A DNA stretch of 55,879 nt, taken from positions 1 to 55,879 of IMG/VR virus record IMGVR_UViG_3300021090_000024. The stretch is one strand, 5' to 3'. Below the pieces are notes generated by a model. It did no database searches and was not told the origin of the DNA. It worked only from the letters and a program-made list of their open reading frames with translations. The DNA comes from a virus. Taxonomy: Duplodnaviria; Caudoviricetes. This document shows, piece after piece, positions 52,557 to 55,879 of the stretch; positions within the stretch are counted from its first letter, which is position 1, and every line of letters begins with the position of its first letter. A program made the position numbers and the translations under genes.

Positions 52557-53497
52557 GCGCATTTGATCAAATGTTGCGACATTGGGATGTGGTGCGCTTT
52601 TTGCGTCGGCATGGTTTTGAGATTCATTTGACCGAGACCGGCGAAGCACATGTTAAATGCCCTGGTTGTCATGATCATAAAGCACGCCTCTATATCAATC
52701 GTCGTTCCTTCAATTGGACTTGTCACAATTGTTCGGGCAAGGGCCGTGGCGCGCTTAGTTTTGTCAAATGGGTGCTCTCTTGCGATGAAGACAAAGCTAT
52801 AAAGGCTATTGTGATGACAAAAACAGTAGCTATGCGGTACGAGACAGATGCGGAAGAAGAGCCTTCAAAATCGCATACTGCTGAAGAGCCGTTACCGTTA
52901 GGTTATCGTGCCCTTGAATTGCCTATGGACGAGCGCTCCACACCTTATTGGGAATATGTGCTGAGTAGAAATATCACGCCCTCAATGGTGCGGCAGTATG
53001 GTCTTGGCTACTGTCGATATGGGCCTTATAAGGGACGAGTAATCATTCCAGTGAATATTTTTGGTGTACGGCGTGGTTGGGTAGGCCGATCTCTTAGTGA
53101 TACTGTTGCACGTAAGTACATGAACCCTGATGATGTACATACGAGCCGCCTTCTTTTCAACATAGACGCTGTGATCGCTAGTGGTTCGGACAAGGTGATA
53201 TTAGTCGAAGGCGTATTCGACGCTTTGCGACTTCCAGATACTGCTGTATGCACCTTCGGGAAGAAAATCAGTATTCAGCAGATCGAGATTCTTCGTGAGG
53301 CTGGTTTCCGTAAGTGGGTATTTTGTTACGATGGAGACGCTATTGAAGATGCAGAGTATTTTAGCGAGCGTATGCCATCAGGTGTTCAATGCTATAAAGT
53401 CGAATTGCCGGAAGAGTATGATCCAGGAAATGCTCCTATGAGAGTGCTCACTCAGGCGATAAACAATGCGAAACTATGGAATCGTGTATCAGTTTGA
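52553..53497 (+). CDS. dnaG: DNA primase (Zn-binding plus TOPRIM)
   Basis: CPGCHD..CHNC, RVIIP, KYMNP, VEGVFD, YDGD. Confidence 0.93.
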   Translation: MSAFDQMLRHWDVVRFLRRHGFEIHLTETGEAHVKCPGCHDHKARLYINRRSFNWTCHNCSGKGRGALSFVKWVLSCDEDKAIKAIVMTKTVAMRYETDAEEEPSKSHTAEEPLPLGYRALELPMDERSTPYWEYVLSRNITPSMVRQYGLGYCRYGPYKGRVIIPVNIFGVRRGWVGRSLSDTVARKYMNPDDVHTSRLLFNIDAVIASGSDKVILVEGVFDALRLPDTAVCTFGKKISIQQIEILREAGFRKWVFCYDGDAIEDAEYFSERMPSGVQCYKVELPEEYDPGNAPMRVLTQAINNAKLWNRVSV

Positions 53498-53505
53498 GGT
53501 AGCAT

Positions 53506-53736
53506 ATGCCACGAAAATCTAAGCAGGAAGCACCGCCGACGATCACATCTTGGGCAGAATTTCGCCGAACTCTTGGTCTGCCTGAATCGCTTCAACTTCG
53601 CGCGCATGGTAAGTGCTACGATTGTGGCGCTGATCTCTCACCAGGGCCATGCGGCTTTTGGCATTCACGAGTGATTGAATACGGACGTGTTGGTTATCCA
53701 GTAGAATTTTGTTGTAGGTGTGCCGGTCATGGCTAG
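53506..53736 (+). CDS. Small Zn-finger protein
   Basis: SD GAGG; CYDC..CCRC. Confidence 0.6.
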   Translation: MPRKSKQEAPPTITSWAEFRRTLGLPESLQLRAHGKCYDCGADLSPGPCGFWHSRVIEYGRVGYPVEFCCRCAGHG

Positions 53737-53959
53737 ACGAATTATCATTCCCGATCCTACGCTCAAGTATTGGCGTGTCAAATTGACTGAAACGATTGGT
53801 CTCTTAACTGTGGAAGGTTGGATTCGCCACATATGGGCAAAGTCCAAGGAAGAAGCGGCAACGAAAGCGCTTCTGTTTCATATGCGGAAGAACCCTGGTA
53901 GCAGACCGCATCTTCAGGCAGTGGAGCTTGAACCATACTCGCACCCCATTCAAATCTAG
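53729..53959 (+). CDS. Hypothetical protein
   Basis: Overlaps the upstream stop. Confidence 0.55.
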   Translation: MARRIIIPDPTLKYWRVKLTETIGLLTVEGWIRHIWAKSKEEAATKALLFHMRKNPGSRPHLQAVELEPYSHPIQI

Positions 53960-53963
53960 GGGG

Positions 53964-53992
53964 TTGACTCTAACAAAAGCCCGATTTACATT
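53964..53992 (+). promoter_or_regulatory. Sigma70-type promoter
   Basis: TTGACT-N17-TACATT; TTGACTCTAAC recurs at 48897 upstream of the UvsW-like gene. Confidence 0.6.
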
Positions 53993-54009
53993 GACAAAGA
54001 AGGGAACAG

Positions 54010-54465
54010 ATGTCCGATACAACTAAGCCGACCAATCCCAAAGATGCTTTAGGCGCTGATAAGGTGCCACTGAGCCTCTGGCCAGAAACCGCGACCATAT
54101 TAGGTGCAATGGGTCTTTTAGATGGGATGCTCAAATATGGCCGTTTGAATTGGCGTGCAGTAGGGGTTCGAGCTTCCATCTATGAAGATGCGGCTCGTAG
54201 GCACCTTGCTGCATGGTTTGAAGGCGAAGATACTGATCCTGATTCTGGTCTACCGCATCTTGCACATTGTCTTGCAAGTCTCGCCATTATTGTGGACGCC
54301 ATTGCTACCGGCAAGTTCCGTGATGACCGTCAAATACAAGGCGGTTATCGCGCTCTCCTTGATGAGATGACGCCGCATGTTAAGCGTCTCAAAGAGAGAC
54401 ATGCGAATAAGAATCCTCATCATTACACCATTGCTGACAATGGGAAGGATTTCGACAGTGCCTAA
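54010..54465 (+). CDS. dATP/dGTP diphosphohydrolase domain protein (DUF5664-like)
   Basis: NPKD..G..K.PL.L, G..KYG..NWR, Y.DAA.RHL..W..GED.DPDSGLPHLAH. Confidence 0.88.
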   Translation: MSDTTKPTNPKDALGADKVPLSLWPETATILGAMGLLDGMLKYGRLNWRAVGVRASIYEDAARRHLAAWFEGEDTDPDSGLPHLAHCLASLAIIVDAIATGKFRDDRQIQGGYRALLDEMTPHVKRLKERHANKNPHHYTIADNGKDFDSA

Positions 54466-54943
54466 TGTGGGAAAAACTAGAGCCACCGCTCCGATCTTCG
54501 ATGATGTCTTCATCAATGACGAAGATGTGACCGAGGAAATTACAGATGTATTTCATAGGCTCAAAATCGATGCCAATAATCTGGCTGATGAGGCTGTAGA
54601 TCATCCTTCGCTTTTCGCTCGAATTGCGGTATTGGCGGAAGAAGCGTCTAGTGAGGCTCGCTTTGCGCGGCGTCGTCTTGATCTTGCAAAGGCTGCATTA
54701 GATGGTAAGATTCGGCGTGAGTCTTCGGTAGATGGCGGTAAGAAGCCGACCGAACCTCAAATCGAGAATATGGTTGTGACTGATCCCGAAATTACAGATT
54801 TGACGGAAGCCTGGCTGGACAGTGAACGCTGTGCCGGTATTGTCAGCGCCATTCGTCAATCACTTACACATAGACGAGAGATGTTGGTCGAGCTTATGCG
54901 CGACCGTCGACATGAGAATGCGTCGTATACCACTAACGAATAG
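54458..54943 (+). CDS. UvsY-like recombination mediator
   Basis: LKIDANNL..E...HP, GKKPTE..IE..V..DP; helical. Confidence 0.7.
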   Translation: MPNVGKTRATAPIFDDVFINDEDVTEEITDVFHRLKIDANNLADEAVDHPSLFARIAVLAEEASSEARFARRRLDLAKAALDGKIRRESSVDGGKKPTEPQIENMVVTDPEITDLTEAWLDSERCAGIVSAIRQSLTHRREMLVELMRDRRHENASYTTNE

Positions 54944-54952
54944 GAGGTAGAG

Positions 54953-55120
54953 TTGAATTCTGAACTTTTTTATGTGTTAGATGTTGGAGACGCCTTAGCC
55001 ACCCCACTTAGTGGCATACTTCAACCCATGCTGGCAGGTATTGTGGGGCACTTAGTTTCGTTTGCACTTAATGGTGCGTTATGGATCGGCCTCGCAGCCG
55101 TTGCCATACGAATCGTTTAA
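54953..55120 (+). CDS. Small membrane protein (55 aa)
   Basis: SD AGGAGG, TTG start; hydrophobic. Confidence 0.55.
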   Translation: MNSELFYVLDVGDALATPLSGILQPMLAGIVGHLVSFALNGALWIGLAAVAIRIV

Positions 55121-55138
55121 TAGAAAGGGAGAACACAA

Positions 55139-55879
55139 ATGGCACTCAACGTAGGCAAGGTTAACGCAAAGAAAGCTGCTGAGACTCAGCATGAGATAGA
55201 GAAGGGTAATCGGCGTTATTGGACGCCGGATGAGGGCCGTAACGAGATACGCATCATGCCGCCGCCCGCCGATCATGATGAATACTTCTCGAAGGCTGGT
55301 TTTCACTACCAGGTCGGGCCAGACAATCGGATGTTCCCATGTCCGAAGCTTGGTGGAGCACGTCGTACTTGCTTCCTCTGCTCTGTATCGGACAAATTGA
55401 AGAAGTCGGATGACGCCGATGATGTAGCCGAAGGTAAAGAACTTCAGCCAACGAAGCGGTATCTCATGTCTGTTGTAGATGTGACGGCCCCGAAGGATCG
55501 CTTCCAAGTCTGGACGGCAGGTGTTAAGGCCTTCGCTGAGATTAACTACTACTTTGCTGATCCTGAATGGGGCGATGTGAGTGATCTCGAAGAGGGTTAC
55601 AACTTCGTCATTAACCGTAAGGGTACGGGTCTTGGTACGGACTATAATGTGAAGATTGCCAAGAAGCCGTCTAACTTCGTGGACTTCTTAGAGGACAACC
55701 TTGGAGATGATTACTCCGAGGAAATGTTCGATGAACTTCCGGTTCTGGAAGAATTCTTAGAGTATCCAACGGATGCAGAAATGGAAGCCGCTTATAACGG
55801 TGTCGTGACTGCTGCTCGCGGGTCATCTAAGAATGAGGAAGAGGATGAGGAAGAGGAAGAGGAAGAGGAAGAGGAAGAA
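55139..55879 (+). CDS. Single-stranded DNA-binding protein, T4 gp32-like (truncated at the window end)
   Basis: Translated by hand: IRIMPP, H..C...CFLC Zn site, D.EKGYNF.I.R.G.G..T.Y; poly-Glu tail. Confidence 0.85.
   Translation, partial: MALNVGKVNAKKAAETQHEIEKGNRRYWTPDEGRNEIRIMPPPADHDEYFSKAGFHYQVGPDNRMFPCPKLGGARRTCFLCSVSDKLKKSDDADDVAEGKELQPTKRYLMSVVDVTAPKDRFQVWTAGVKAFAEINYYFADPEWGDVSDLEEGYNFVINRKGTGLGTDYNVKIAKKPSNFVDFLEDNLGDDYSEEMFDELPVLEEFLEYPTDAEMEAAYNGVVTAARGSSKNEEEDEEEEEEEEEEE

Noticed and set aside
1-55879. CRISPR array, diversity-generating retroelement, integrase, intron or intein
   Set aside because: No regularly spaced repeats, no reverse transcriptase or TR/VR pair and no recombinase; TerL, MCP, DnaB and DnaG are uninterrupted, and the endonuclease genes are free-standing.
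55835-55879. GAAGAG microsatellite
   Set aside because: It encodes the poly-Glu acidic tail of the SSB, and may explain why the sequence ends here.

Overview
The window is a 55.9-kb piece of a tailed dsDNA bacteriophage genome with siphovirus-type (HK97-fold) morphogenesis genes, almost all on the + strand. The host cannot be determined; a GH25 endolysin, no recognisable spanins and leaderless starts fit a monoderm host. Layout: (1) 1-850, a non-coding, repeat- and palindrome-rich leader; (2) 858-9591, small accessory ORFs (SLOG/YspA, HNH, DUF1643, several Zn-ribbons) plus a 37-bp inverted repeat; (3) 9624-13730, an array of 26 tRNA genes whose spacers hold about ten structured non-tRNA elements, two small ORFs and an Endonuclease VII-type ORF that starts inside tRNA-His and stops inside tRNA-Ser; (4) 14510-17174, lysis-type cassette; (5) 18325-48896, terminase, portal, dual-domain head protease, major capsid, neck, tail tube, frameshifted chaperone, tape measure and tail-tip/fibre genes, interrupted by GIY-YIG, LAGLIDADG and HNH endonuclease genes; (6) 48944-end, replication genes (UvsW-like helicase, DnaB, DnaG, dATP/dGTP diphosphohydrolase, UvsY-like protein, gp32-like SSB, truncated). 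The most notable observations are the structured RNAs interleaved with the tRNAs (one has pistol-ribozyme-like topology), an Sm/Hfq-like ORF, and a six-copy promoter motif TCGGCTSA-N4-(-35)-N17/18-(-10) with three endonuclease genes parked beside it. All protein calls come from motif recognition and gene order, and all RNA stems were paired by eye. No database search or folding program was run.
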